Shown here: positions 46,915 to 55,367 of the stretch, one piece after another
How positions within the stretch are numbered: position 1 is the first letter of the stretch
How the letters are laid out: each line of letters starts with the position of its first letter
Virus record (IMG/VR): IMGVR_UViG_3300042259_000065
DNA from: a virus
Taxonomy: Duplodnaviria > Heunggongvirae > Uroviricota > Caudoviricetes
DNA length: 64,000 nt
Reading direction: 5' to 3' (one strand)
Notes under the pieces: generated by a model
What the model saw: the letters and a program-made list of their open reading frames with translations, nothing else
The model's database searches: none
What the model was told of the DNA's origin: nothing
Program-made: the position numbers and the translations under genes

Positions 46915-47191
46915 AGAAGATATGAAATACTGCATTACTATTCTAACTAATTACTATGTAAAAGGTCTGGTTCAACACGATTTTAGATTAGATAAAGTAG
47001 AAAATAAAGATAAGTTTATTCTATATGCAGATAAAGCCATTTTTGCTATAGGTAGTCTTGATGAGTTGAAAGGTTACTGTTTAGGTATCCAAGCTGTAAC
47101 CTCTGTCAGTGGTGTGTGGACAGGTAGTTATGTTGGATATTTCAGTGAAAATTTATGGGAGTATATTGACAATGAATATACCTTTGACTAA
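46901..47191 (+). CDS. Hypothetical protein
   Basis: 96-aa ORF. Confidence 0.4.
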   Translation: MILNKEDMKYCITILTNYYVKGLVQHDFRLDKVENKDKFILYADKAIFAIGSLDELKGYCLGIQAVTSVSGVWTGSYVGYFSENLWEYIDNEYTFD

Positions 47192-47405
47192 ACTTGATAT
47201 TATCAAATCCTCTCGTGTAACAGAAATTATTTGGCGACAAGAGTTGAATTCTACACAAGATGATGATAAGCTTAAAATGTTAATTGATGCTTATTGTGAA
47301 TGTGTACCACTGCACTATGTTGGAATGGGAACAACTTTCAAAGATTTCATTGATGATGTGAAAAGTGTGTATTTTAATAAAATTAAAATTTTAGAGGAGA
47401 ATTGA
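47172..47405 (+). CDS. Hypothetical protein (start trimmed to an internal ATG to limit overlap)
   Basis: The track ORF 47109..47405 overlaps its upstream gene by 83 nt. The ATG at 47172 gives a more typical short overlap. Confidence 0.35.
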   Translation: MNIPLTKLDIIKSSRVTEIIWRQELNSTQDDDKLKMLIDAYCECVPLHYVGMGTTFKDFIDDVKSVYFNKIKILEEN

Positions 47406-47593
47406 TTATGATTTCAAAAACTATTAATATTTTAGGTTTGATTGCAGCAGTACTACTATTAGTTGGTATGTTTACAGGAATCTTACATTTCAATACGAAG
47501 GAAGATACTTTTGATTTCTTTTTCGTAGCATTTATGATCGTCTGTAGCTTGGTAGATTTCGTTAAGACTCTGCTTGACAAAAGTAAACAATAA
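47402..47593 (+). CDS. Small membrane protein
   Basis: 63 aa with two hydrophobic helices. Confidence 0.4.
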   Translation: MIMISKTINILGLIAAVLLLVGMFTGILHFNTKEDTFDFFFVAFMIVCSLVDFVKTLLDKSKQ

Positions 47594-47812
47594 CTGCTAA
47601 GATTAAAGTATAGAAAAGATTCGACCTTGGGACCGAAGTTGTTATAGCAAGGCGCATGAGAAGTGGCTCAACTCATGGATATAATCGGAATGTGTCGCTA
47701 CCGGATGATTGTATCAGTAGGGCTTTTAATTTAGTTTTCTTAAATAAAACTCCTTTAATGAAACGAGGTGTTAAAGTGGGAGCTGTCACTCCCCTTTATT
47801 TAAGAGAATTAA

Positions 47813-47887
47813 GCAGGTGTGATGTAATGGAGAGCATATTTCTCTTCTAAAGAAATCGTCAGCGTTCGAATCGCTGCACCTGTACCA
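47813..47887 (+). tRNA. tRNA-Arg (anticodon TCT) with encoded CCA
   Basis: Hand-folded cloverleaf. The acceptor pairs gcaggtg with cacctgt (G-U first pair), the D-loop has GG, the anticodon stem pairs tttct with agaaa, the loop is cTTCTaa, and the T-arm is cagcg TTCGAAT cgctg. A discriminator A and CCA follow. Confidence 0.7.
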
Positions 47888-48126
47888 AATTATGAAACCT
47901 CCTTTACAGGAGACGAATAAGCCGAGAAATTGGTTGACCATCTAAGAGAGTTAGAGTAGAATCAAGTGATTCGAAATCGGTCAGAACTGTGTGGTGACAT
48001 ATAGCTGTAACATGTGGTTACGGGGAGTAATTAACGACTACTCTTGAACATATAAAGATGATGTGACGAATCACCAACCTTAAAGGTTGGATAGTCTGAC
48101 AGCTCGGAAAGACGGCACTTAATTTA

Positions 48127-48201
48127 GGGTATGTAGCTCAGAGGCAGAGCAATTGGCTGTTAACCAATAGGTCGAGATTTCGAAATTCTCCATATCCGCC
48201 A
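48127..48201 (+). tRNA. tRNA-Asn (anticodon GTT) with encoded CCA
   Basis: The acceptor pairs gggtatg with catatcc, the D-arm is gctc agaggca gagc, the anticodon stem pairs attgg with ccaat, and the loop is cTGTTaa. The T-loop is TTCGAAA, with one T-T mismatch in the T-stem. A discriminator G and CCA follow. Confidence 0.65.
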
Positions 48202-48499
48202 AATTTTAACACCTTTCACACAAGGTCTGGACAATTCTCACGACTACCATCGTTGTTCACAATAGATTTTGGTTTAAGGTGTTAATTACTGGAACGTAAT
48301 AACCAGTTTAAAAACGTCATTGTGTTGCGATACACAAGTAAGAGTCATTGATGGTTACTCACATACCTTCGGTTAAGACTTTAAAAAGAGAAATGAATGT
48401 GACGTTCTGTTAGTTGACGACTATACTCGACCACTACGTGAAGGTGGCTATCCTACTTTAGAACATTAATCAAACAAATAATCAATCAAGGAAACAACT

Positions 48500-48739
48500 A
48501 TGTTTACAATTAAACTTTACTATGATATCGACAGTTATAATGTAATCTGCTCACCACATTATAATATTAGAACTTTTAATACAGATGAAGGTTTTGTAAC
48601 AGAAATCACGGTTTACAAGGATATGACTACACAAGATGGTACTACTTACCGTGTAGCCAAAGATATTAGTGTACCACATTGGAACTATGCTTATATTGAA
48701 AACTCCTCTGGAAAGACTATTGACCATATCAAACACTGA
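48500..48739 (+). CDS. Hypothetical protein
   Basis: 79-aa ORF with a GGAAAC RBS. A terminator follows. Confidence 0.45.
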   Translation: MFTIKLYYDIDSYNVICSPHYNIRTFNTDEGFVTEITVYKDMTTQDGTTYRVAKDISVPHWNYAYIENSSGKTIDHIKH

Positions 48740-48744
48740 TAAAA

Positions 48745-48770
48745 GACCTCGCTTCGGCGGGGTTTTATTG
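48745..48770 (+). terminator. Rho-independent terminator
   Basis: Hairpin cctcgc-ttcg-gcgggg followed by ttttatt. Confidence 0.5.
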
Positions 48771-48784
48771 TATATAGACTATAG

Positions 48785-48813
48785 TTGATAATAATTGTTA
48801 TTCGTGTTAGAAT
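48785..48813 (+). promoter_or_regulatory. Sigma70-like promoter (TTGATA-17-TAGAAT)
   Basis: ttgata ataattgttattcgtgt tagaat sits ~30 nt upstream of the ATG at 48845. Confidence 0.4.
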
Positions 48814-48844
48814 AGTTTATGTTAACAACAATAGGATTAATACA

Positions 48845-49387
48845 ATGGCACCATTATTAGCAATGGCAATCCCCTCACTAGTTAAACTATTACCAGATGT
48901 TGCTGGATGGTTTGGTGGTGACAAAGCAGAACAAATGACATCAGAAGTATTAGACATTGCATCAAGCGTTACTGGTATCTCTGATAAGAATAAAGCATTA
49001 GAAGCAATCAACGCTGACCCTAATGTCGCACTAAAATTCCAAGAAGCTGTGATGGCTGACAAATACCGTCTTGATGAAATATATCTTGCTGATCGTAAAG
49101 ATGCTCGTGATATGCAGAAGGAAGCTTTACGCCAAGAAGATACTTTCAGTAAAAGGTTTATCTACTATTTAGCCTCTGCTTGGTCAATTTTCGCAATGAT
49201 TTATCTGGTAGGTATTACATTTTTCACTGTACCAGAAAGCGCTGTAAGGTTCGCTGATACCACGCTAGGTTTTCTTCTCGCGACTATTATAAGCGGTATT
49301 ATTCAATTCTTTTTTGGTTCTTCAAAAGGTAGCAAAGATAAAAATGAAATCACTGCTGAACTTTTGAGAAAATCAAAGAACCAATAA
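48845..49387 (+). CDS. Membrane protein with two C-terminal TM helices (start moved to the ATG after the promoter)
   Basis: The track ORF begins at 48785, inside the promoter. The AGGAT RBS and the ATG at 48845 look better. TM segments are WSIFAMIYLVGITFFTV and LGFLLATIISGIIQFFF. Confidence 0.5.
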   Translation: MAPLLAMAIPSLVKLLPDVAGWFGGDKAEQMTSEVLDIASSVTGISDKNKALEAINADPNVALKFQEAVMADKYRLDEIYLADRKDARDMQKEALRQEDTFSKRFIYYLASAWSIFAMIYLVGITFFTVPESAVRFADTTLGFLLATIISGIIQFFFGSSKGSKDKNEITAELLRKSKNQ

Positions 49388-49405
49388 CAAATATTAGGAG
49401 GTCGT

Positions 49406-49591
49406 ATGCAATGCGGCTCATGTTTTAAATTCTTTGCTTTCCCAGCATCAGATAATGCTCCAGATGAACACTATCAGTTTTGTCCAAGTTGTCGTCGCCC
49501 CAGTGAATATGATTATGCATACACAAGTCGTGACTATGAGCATTCTCATTTGACAGAGCAATTCTATGTTGGTGAAAAGGATGATTATTAA
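49406..49591 (+). CDS. Zinc-ribbon small protein
   Basis: CGSC...CPSC; an AGGAGG RBS lies upstream. Confidence 0.4.
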   Translation: MQCGSCFKFFAFPASDNAPDEHYQFCPSCRRPSEYDYAYTSRDYEHSHLTEQFYVGEKDDY

Positions 49592-49640
49592 ATTCATCCC
49601 TGCAAGGACAAGATAAAGTATAGTTTTAAAGAGGTAAATT

Positions 49641-50030
49641 ATGGCTACTAAGAAGCAAGTAGAAGCACGTAATCAGGAAAAGGAACGAGGTCGCCAACCA
49701 CGTCCAGCAGCAGGAAACTTTAAAAGTGTTTTGAATGCTATTCAACATGTTCAAGATAAAGTTCATGCCCAGACAGCTAAGGATTTGGAAGATTACTATT
49801 TGATGATGGAAGAACTTGCAAAAGGTAAAGGTGACTTTGCTAAAGCAGGTATTAAGGATCGTGTAATGGCGATTAAGTTTCATCTGGATATGGCAGATAA
49901 ATTCCTTAATGATTATTATGAAACTGAAGATGAAGAATCTTCTGAAAGTAACGAAACTTCTGAAAAAGTAGAATCTAAAGCAAATGGTACAAATGGTTTA
50001 ATTTGCCTAGATTTCAATTCTGAAGATTAA
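49641..50030 (+). CDS. Hypothetical acidic protein
   Basis: 129-aa ORF with an AGAGG RBS. Confidence 0.5.
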   Translation: MATKKQVEARNQEKERGRQPRPAAGNFKSVLNAIQHVQDKVHAQTAKDLEDYYLMMEELAKGKGDFAKAGIKDRVMAIKFHLDMADKFLNDYYETEDEESSESNETSEKVESKANGTNGLICLDFNSED

Positions 50031-50185
50031 TTCTTATTGACAAGCATTAATATTTGTGCAAGAATGGTTTATAGAAATATACATTTCTCTCAAAATTATA
50101 TTTCTCCTCAACATCTTATACACAAGAATATAAGTGTCATAAAAGAATAGTCACTCTATGTGATATTTATTCTCCTCTCAAACAC

Positions 50186-50219
50186 AACCCCTTCCGTTTT
50201 GGAAGGGGTTTCTTTTATT
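50186..50219. terminator. Bidirectional rho-independent terminator between convergent blocks
   Basis: Perfect hairpin ccccttcc-gtttt-ggaagggg with T-tracts on both sides. Confidence 0.6.
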
Positions 50220-50222
50220 ATA

Positions 50223-50651
50223 TCAACGTAATTTTAAACTATGCTGTAAACGTTCTTCCATTTTATTAACAACATCTTCTGGAACATTGTGATTGTTCTT
50301 ATTACTGTGACGTTTTTCTATAATCAGACTTACAACTTTATATCCATAAGCATTAGCCATAGATGTATATGGTTTTAGTTCTTTTTCAGATGTCGATGTA
50401 TTATGAACCACAATATTAGCTACACCAGCATCCATACAAACCATAACACTGTCTTGACACCACTTATGAGCTAAATGAACATTTTCTGGTTTCCAATTAT
50501 AATTCCCTTGGTCATCATAATGAAAATCATCTGCTGCATATGCAATACAATCCTGTAAGGAAATTTCCAAGGTTTTAGCTAAAGTTGTCTTTCCGCTAGA
50601 TGGTAGTCCTCTTAGAATATATAAAGTTTTCTTAGTCATTTTATTCTCCAT
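50223..50651 (-). CDS. P-loop polynucleotide-kinase-like (5'-OH kinase) protein
   Basis: Walker A LRGLPSSGKTTLAKTL, and the size fits a stand-alone PNK kinase domain. The start was chosen at MENK (ATGGAGAATAA overlaps the Rnl1 stop). The track ORF starts at 50729 and would overlap Rnl1 by 89 nt. Confidence 0.55.
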   Translation of the reverse strand: MENKMTKKTLYILRGLPSSGKTTLAKTLEISLQDCIAYAADDFHYDDQGNYNWKPENVHLAHKWCQDSVMVCMDAGVANIVVHNTSTSEKELKPYTSMANAYGYKVVSLIIEKRHSNKNNHNVPEDVVNKMEERLQHSLKLR

Positions 50652-51534
50652 AATAATACCTCTCAATAAATTCTCGTCGTTGTTGATCATTATAAGAACG
50701 CCATACTTCCTTGTCAACATTTTCTGCAAGATAGTCTACGAACTCATAAAATTCTTCATCAATTCGTTGTTTAAACAAGTCTGGTTTATCAAACAAAATG
50801 TCCACTTTAGCTTTACCAAGACGCATAATTGCTTTCTTAGAGAGGTAGTGTGGTGATTTTAATTTACAAAGAACCTCTTCTGTGAAGTAATCCTTAACCA
50901 TATACCCCTCATGATTAACGTCAGTAGGTAGATCTTTAAATTTACCTACCCACAACTCACCACGCCTACATTCAGCAGCCTTGGATAGCCCATTTAGAAA
51001 ATATTCTGATGACATTTTACCTGTGTCATGATACCTACGTCCTATTAGATAAATACCTTCATTTTCCTCTACAATGTGAGGGTCACGTTTATCGCAAACT
51101 TCAAATATATGGGTAACACCTTCTTCATATAGAGCATCCTTGTTAATTGTTTCTAGCCACTCTTCACCAAGTTTAACATACTCAGAATCAAGACTTCCTG
51201 TTGTAGATACAATATAACCATAAGCTTTATTATAAGTTACAGAAAGCATATAACCGTTTACTTTACGAGGACAGATCACCACTTGCTCAGGGTCAACAGT
51301 TGTTCCATTATCACCAAAATTAAACACCTTACGGAAAGGCAGTACAATAACATTCCAAGCTTCATCTACAACAGTTCCTCGGCATTCAAGCAGTCGCTCG
51401 TCAATATGCCACAGATTATTGTAGAAAACCTTTCGATGATATTTAAGGACTGACAAACCTTTATATTTACCTTCGGTGTAAGTTTTCTTAATAACTAGAC
51501 CCTTTTCGATAAGGTCAGATACATCTAATTTCAT
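50641..51534 (-). CDS. RNA ligase, Rnl1-like
   Basis: LLECRGTVVDE matches T4 Rnl1 ALECRGIMFE; motif I RKVNGYMLSV matches KEDGSLVS; EGYMVKD...CKLKS matches EGYVAVMKDG..FKIKS. Confidence 0.7.
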   Translation of the reverse strand: MKLDVSDLIEKGLVIKKTYTEGKYKGLSVLKYHRKVFYNNLWHIDERLLECRGTVVDEAWNVIVLPFRKVFNFGDNGTTVDPEQVVICPRKVNGYMLSVTYNKAYGYIVSTTGSLDSEYVKLGEEWLETINKDALYEEGVTHIFEVCDKRDPHIVEENEGIYLIGRRYHDTGKMSSEYFLNGLSKAAECRRGELWVGKFKDLPTDVNHEGYMVKDYFTEEVLCKLKSPHYLSKKAIMRLGKAKVDILFDKPDLFKQRIDEEFYEFVDYLAENVDKEVWRSYNDQQRREFIERYYYGE

Positions 51535-51544
51535 ATTAGTTCTC

Positions 51545-52117
51545 CTAGTGTTGGTCAGGTGAATAAATTTCTTTCTTGTTAAGAATCTTCATAATTTCTT
51601 TAATGTTCTTAATTTCACCAAGATTATCATACCCAACATCAATTTGTCTACCTTTAGGTTCAGGAAGAGACCCGTGACAGTGGCCGAACAATTGTAAACT
51701 TCCCCGCCCAGCATTATTCCAAGTGGTGAGGGGGTAGTGGCATAGAACTACTTTTTGTTTATCAATCTGTATCTCAAGATAATCACCTTTCCAGACAATA
51801 CCAAACTTACCATCAGCAATACCATTACGTAGTGATTTGTCATGATTTCCATGGATCATAATTTTCTTACCATTCAAGCGTTGTAAGAAGCTACTTGTTA
51901 CCTCCACACCTTTAAAGCAGAAATCTCCAAGATGGATAATGTAATCTTCTGGTTTAACCTTAGTATTCCATTCGGTAATCAAAGCCTCATTCATGGAATT
52001 AGTCTTCTTGAAATTACGTGTTTTTGGACAGAAGTGTAAAATATTACCATGGTCAAAATGTAAATCACTTGTTACCCAAATATCTTGTTCTTCTGTGTTA
52101 AATTTTCTTCCAAACAT
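51545..52117 (-). CDS. Calcineurin-like metallophosphoesterase
   Basis: Motifs SDLHFDH, HLGDFCFKG, and MIHGNHD (DxH / GD / GNHD). Confidence 0.7.
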   Translation of the reverse strand: MFGRKFNTEEQDIWVTSDLHFDHGNILHFCPKTRNFKKTNSMNEALITEWNTKVKPEDYIIHLGDFCFKGVEVTSSFLQRLNGKKIMIHGNHDKSLRNGIADGKFGIVWKGDYLEIQIDKQKVVLCHYPLTTWNNAGRGSLQLFGHCHGSLPEPKGRQIDVGYDNLGEIKNIKEIMKILNKKEIYSPDQH

Positions 52118-52127
52118 TATTTACCTC

Positions 52128-52646
52128 TTAAAAATCTTTAAATTTATACAACAATTCCAATTGTGTAGAATACTTCCGTACACGTTTCACATCTGAAACC
52201 TTAATACTTTCTGTAAGATTAGAATAAGTATCTGCAACTTTAACTTTCCAAGCAAGTTCATCTTTTGATAGATTACGTAGATAATCTTTGTAAGATAATC
52301 CTTCTTTCTTGGTGACAAGATCAATTGCTTGTACAATCTCGGAGTCATAACCAGCTTCAAGTAAAGATTCCTTAGTAACATAAGTATCTTCATACAAATC
52401 GTGCCCAAGGGAAGCTGTAGCCAATTTCACATCTGCAATTGTAGGATTATGTATCTTACCTTCACCAAATAATTCATGTGCTTTCTCAGCAACCATACGT
52501 AGATGGTAAGTGTAGGGTTTGTCACCATACTTTTGTTCATGATGCGCTACAACAATAAGACTGCTCATCTTAGATTCAAAAGCTCTTAATTTATCCAATG
52601 TATAATTCACAATTATTCTCCTTTCTCCAAAATCTACACACATCAT
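52128..52646 (-). CDS. HD-domain phosphohydrolase
   Basis: VVAHHEQKYG...YHLRMV...LGHDLYEDT is an H..H...HD...D pattern. Confidence 0.5.
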   Translation of the reverse strand: MMCVDFGERRIIVNYTLDKLRAFESKMSSLIVVAHHEQKYGDKPYTYHLRMVAEKAHELFGEGKIHNPTIADVKLATASLGHDLYEDTYVTKESLLEAGYDSEIVQAIDLVTKKEGLSYKDYLRNLSKDELAWKVKVADTYSNLTESIKVSDVKRVRKYSTQLELLYKFKDF

Positions 52647-52692
52647 AACATCTGCTTTTCACAAATCAACTACTTTTATATAAAAATTATTG

Positions 52693-52721
52693 TTGACAAG
52701 GGTTGTTGTGGTTGGTAAAGT
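52693..52721 (+). promoter_or_regulatory. Sigma70-like promoter (TTGACA-17-TAAAGT) at the divergent junction
   Basis: ttgaca agggttgttgtggttgg taaagt sits upstream of an AGGAGA RBS and the ATG at 52748. Confidence 0.4.
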
Positions 52722-52747
52722 AAGGGAAGTTTTTAATAGATAGGAGA

Positions 52748-52942
52748 TTGAAGATGTTTAAAACCGTGGCAATATTTATCACAATGTGTCTGTACATTTT
52801 TGCAGGAGTTGTACTTCTTGCAAGTGTACCTTTTGTAGATAATCTAGTTAATTTAGTGATATTCTCACTTTGTGCATGTGGTTATGCTTGGGTGTCAAGT
52901 TGGTGGATTAAAAATGGTTGGTTTGATAAGGAGTTATTTTGA
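52748..52942 (+). CDS. Small membrane protein
   Basis: 64 aa, mostly hydrophobic. Confidence 0.4.
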   Translation: MKMFKTVAIFITMCLYIFAGVVLLASVPFVDNLVNLVIFSLCACGYAWVSSWWIKNGWFDKELF

Positions 52943-53151
52943 TGAAATCAAAAGGTGTTCTCTACAATGGTGCTATGTACAAAGTTCCAATGTGGGTTAA
53001 ATTTATGACTACAGATAATGATGGGACTGTTTTTGGTTGGTCACATAAACCTACACTTGACCATAAATTAAGTTGGATTGTAGATTCAGATATTGGTAAA
53101 GGTGATATTTTTGAACCTTACTATGTATTTGAGAAAATTGAGGAGGTTTGA
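52939..53151 (+). CDS. Hypothetical protein
   Basis: 70-aa ORF. Confidence 0.4.
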   Translation: MMKSKGVLYNGAMYKVPMWVKFMTTDNDGTVFGWSHKPTLDHKLSWIVDSDIGKGDIFEPYYVFEKIEEV

Positions 53152-53152
53152 T

Positions 53153-53791
53153 ATGATGTATAAACTGATGACAGACCCAAGAAAATTTAAACGTTCTGGT
53201 GCAAAGGTAAAAGTATCTGCTGAAAAAGTTATTGCTGTTGAAAACTATACTTATTCAAGAACCGTAGAACATCAAGGTAAGACTTATGATGTACAAACAG
53301 AAGTGTTTACCAAGAATGGTGAGATTGTCAAATACGAAAGCACATTTACACCAAGTAGTATTTGTTTAGATGAGTATGACTTTGATCACGATTTGACAAT
53401 TTGGGATTTAACACCAGAAGAGAGAGTTGGTGTAAAAAGTAAATTCTTTGGGCATGATATCCACATCTACAATGATATATGGGTTTTCTCTGATACATTA
53501 GAGCCTACTGAGACTACACATCACTCTCGTCCATGTGGACATTGTGGATTTATTCGTGGTGAAGATGATCATGACCCTTGCATCAAAAGCTTACCTTATG
53601 TGCTAAATGCTTGTTGTGGTCATGGTGACCAAGAATCAGCTTATGTGATGCTACAAGATAGAGAATGTTATTATGGTGAAGATGCTTTGCGATTGATTGA
53701 ATGGTTGAAACAAGAGAAAGTGTCACCACAAGCATTCAAACCTATTGAAGTCAGTCGAGCTTTAAGAAGTGAACGGAGGAAGCGTAAATGA
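53153..53791 (+). CDS. Hypothetical Cys/His-rich protein
   Basis: GGAGG precedes the ATG at 53153, internal to the track ORF 53093..53791. The motif is RPCGHCG...CCGHG. Confidence 0.45.
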   Translation: MMYKLMTDPRKFKRSGAKVKVSAEKVIAVENYTYSRTVEHQGKTYDVQTEVFTKNGEIVKYESTFTPSSICLDEYDFDHDLTIWDLTPEERVGVKSKFFGHDIHIYNDIWVFSDTLEPTETTHHSRPCGHCGFIRGEDDHDPCIKSLPYVLNACCGHGDQESAYVMLQDRECYYGEDALRLIEWLKQEKVSPQAFKPIEVSRALRSERRKRK

Positions 53792-54270
53792 AAATAATCT
53801 TCCTTGATATAGATGGTGTTTTGAATAGTGATTCTATATTAAGTGAATATATCTCTGAAATTGACGGAGAATATTACCCATATCAACCCCACCTTGTTGA
53901 TAACTTGAACATTATTCTTAAACGTACAGGTGCTAAGATTGTAGTATCTTCAACTTGGAGACTAGGGGAGTCTGTAGAAAGGTTGCAATATCTTCTGACA
54001 CATATGGGTGTTAAAGGTGAAGTGATTGGTAAAACGGATTCTTACAATGATAAGTTTGTTGTCAGAGGTAATGAAATTCTAAAATGGATTCAAGATAATG
54101 AAAGTTTATTTGGTTGTCATTATTATGATTTCTGTGATTATGTAATTCTTGACGATGATTCAGATATGTTATACAGTCAACGAAACAACTTTGTTCATAT
54201 ACAAGGTGAAGAAGGTTTGACGAAAGAGTACACTGAACAAGCAATTGAAATTTTAGGAGATGAATCATGA
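53788..54270 (+). CDS. HAD-like hydrolase
   Basis: MKIIFLDIDGVLNSD is a classic HAD motif I. Confidence 0.5.
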   Translation: MKIIFLDIDGVLNSDSILSEYISEIDGEYYPYQPHLVDNLNIILKRTGAKIVVSSTWRLGESVERLQYLLTHMGVKGEVIGKTDSYNDKFVVRGNEILKWIQDNESLFGCHYYDFCDYVILDDDSDMLYSQRNNFVHIQGEEGLTKEYTEQAIEILGDES

Positions 54271-54659
54271 GTTATTATAACTATGTGTTTAAAGCTAAGA
54301 AACTTGAAAGTTATAGTGAAGTAGAGGAAAGTGGTCTTGTGTTTGAATCATTTGATAGTGGCTATCAAGACTTAAAAGACTTTGTTGGAGAAAATAAAGT
54401 ATCTTTCAATGAAGATGGATGCGAGTACATTTATCTAGAAGAATGTAGTGGAGGTGGCGATTATATTCGCCCATATGACCTTAAATTTGGATTATCAAAC
54501 AACAAACCGACTTTTCAAGATGCCAGTTATTTTGTACCAGTTAAGGATATGCATAACCGTATTGATTGGTCATTGGTTAAAGATATTGATAAGATGGAAG
54601 AAGCACTCAAGTCCTATCAAGAAGATCGTGACGGTGATGAGTTAGTGTTTCCACTATAA
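54267..54659 (+). CDS. Hypothetical acidic protein
   Basis: 130-aa ORF. Confidence 0.45.
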   Translation: MSYYNYVFKAKKLESYSEVEESGLVFESFDSGYQDLKDFVGENKVSFNEDGCEYIYLEECSGGGDYIRPYDLKFGLSNNKPTFQDASYFVPVKDMHNRIDWSLVKDIDKMEEALKSYQEDRDGDELVFPL

Positions 54660-54669
54660 GGAATTTAAT

Positions 54670-54876
54670 ATGACAAAACGCTATAATTGTACAGTATCAG
54701 ATCGTAGAGGTGAGTTTGGTCTATGCATGGAGAAGTCTACTTCTGGTAAGTTTGTCCTCTTTTCAGAATATGAGAAACTTTTGAAGAAGATTAAAACTTT
54801 TGAGAAAACCAAACCTTCTAAGAAAAGTGTGCTTGGTACAGAAGAAGAACAAATAGATATGTTTGGAGGTGAGTAA
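54670..54876 (+). CDS. Hypothetical protein
   Basis: 68-aa ORF. Confidence 0.4.
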   Translation: MTKRYNCTVSDRRGEFGLCMEKSTSGKFVLFSEYEKLLKKIKTFEKTKPSKKSVLGTEEEQIDMFGGE

Positions 54877-54951
54877 GATTTGCAATAACTTGCAAGAAAT
54901 TGATATTTGGGGTAGAATGGTATATACACTTTAACATAGAGGAGAAATAGA

Positions 54952-55254
54952 GTGAAATTAGAGTACGCAGTTTTCATCCAAGATGGTGATGGAATTTTAA
55001 CATTCAAAGAAATGTCTAATATTAAAGCAAAAGATTATTTCAATGGATGCAAGAAACTTGTGAAAGGTAAACCTTTTAACAAAGATAAACTTCTGTCAAT
55101 GGCAGAAGATATTCGTGATAAGATTTGTCCTTGCTGCTTAGCAGAGAATGATTACTTTGAACAAATCGTAGGTTATGCCCAAAAGCAGAATATGATTATG
55201 GAAGAAGATGGTGATTATTATATCTGTGTAGGATGTATGGCACGAGAGTGTTAA
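54952..55254 (+). CDS. Hypothetical protein (GTG start)
   Basis: A GGAG RBS precedes the GTG start. 100 aa. Confidence 0.45.
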   Translation: MKLEYAVFIQDGDGILTFKEMSNIKAKDYFNGCKKLVKGKPFNKDKLLSMAEDIRDKICPCCLAENDYFEQIVGYAQKQNMIMEEDGDYYICVGCMAREC

Positions 55255-55367
55255 TATTTTAGGCGTCATGATTGATTGCAAGCAATTGTGGTGATAAATG
55301 CAGAAGATAGATAACATCTCCGCTATCTTCTGTTTCCTATTTATTTGGAGATGATAAGTAAGGAGAA

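Noticed and set aside
47656-47850. 64-aa plus-strand ORF in the tRNA island
   Set aside because: It runs through a terminator-like hairpin and overlaps tRNA-Arg. The composition is typical of RNA genes, so it is most likely not translated.
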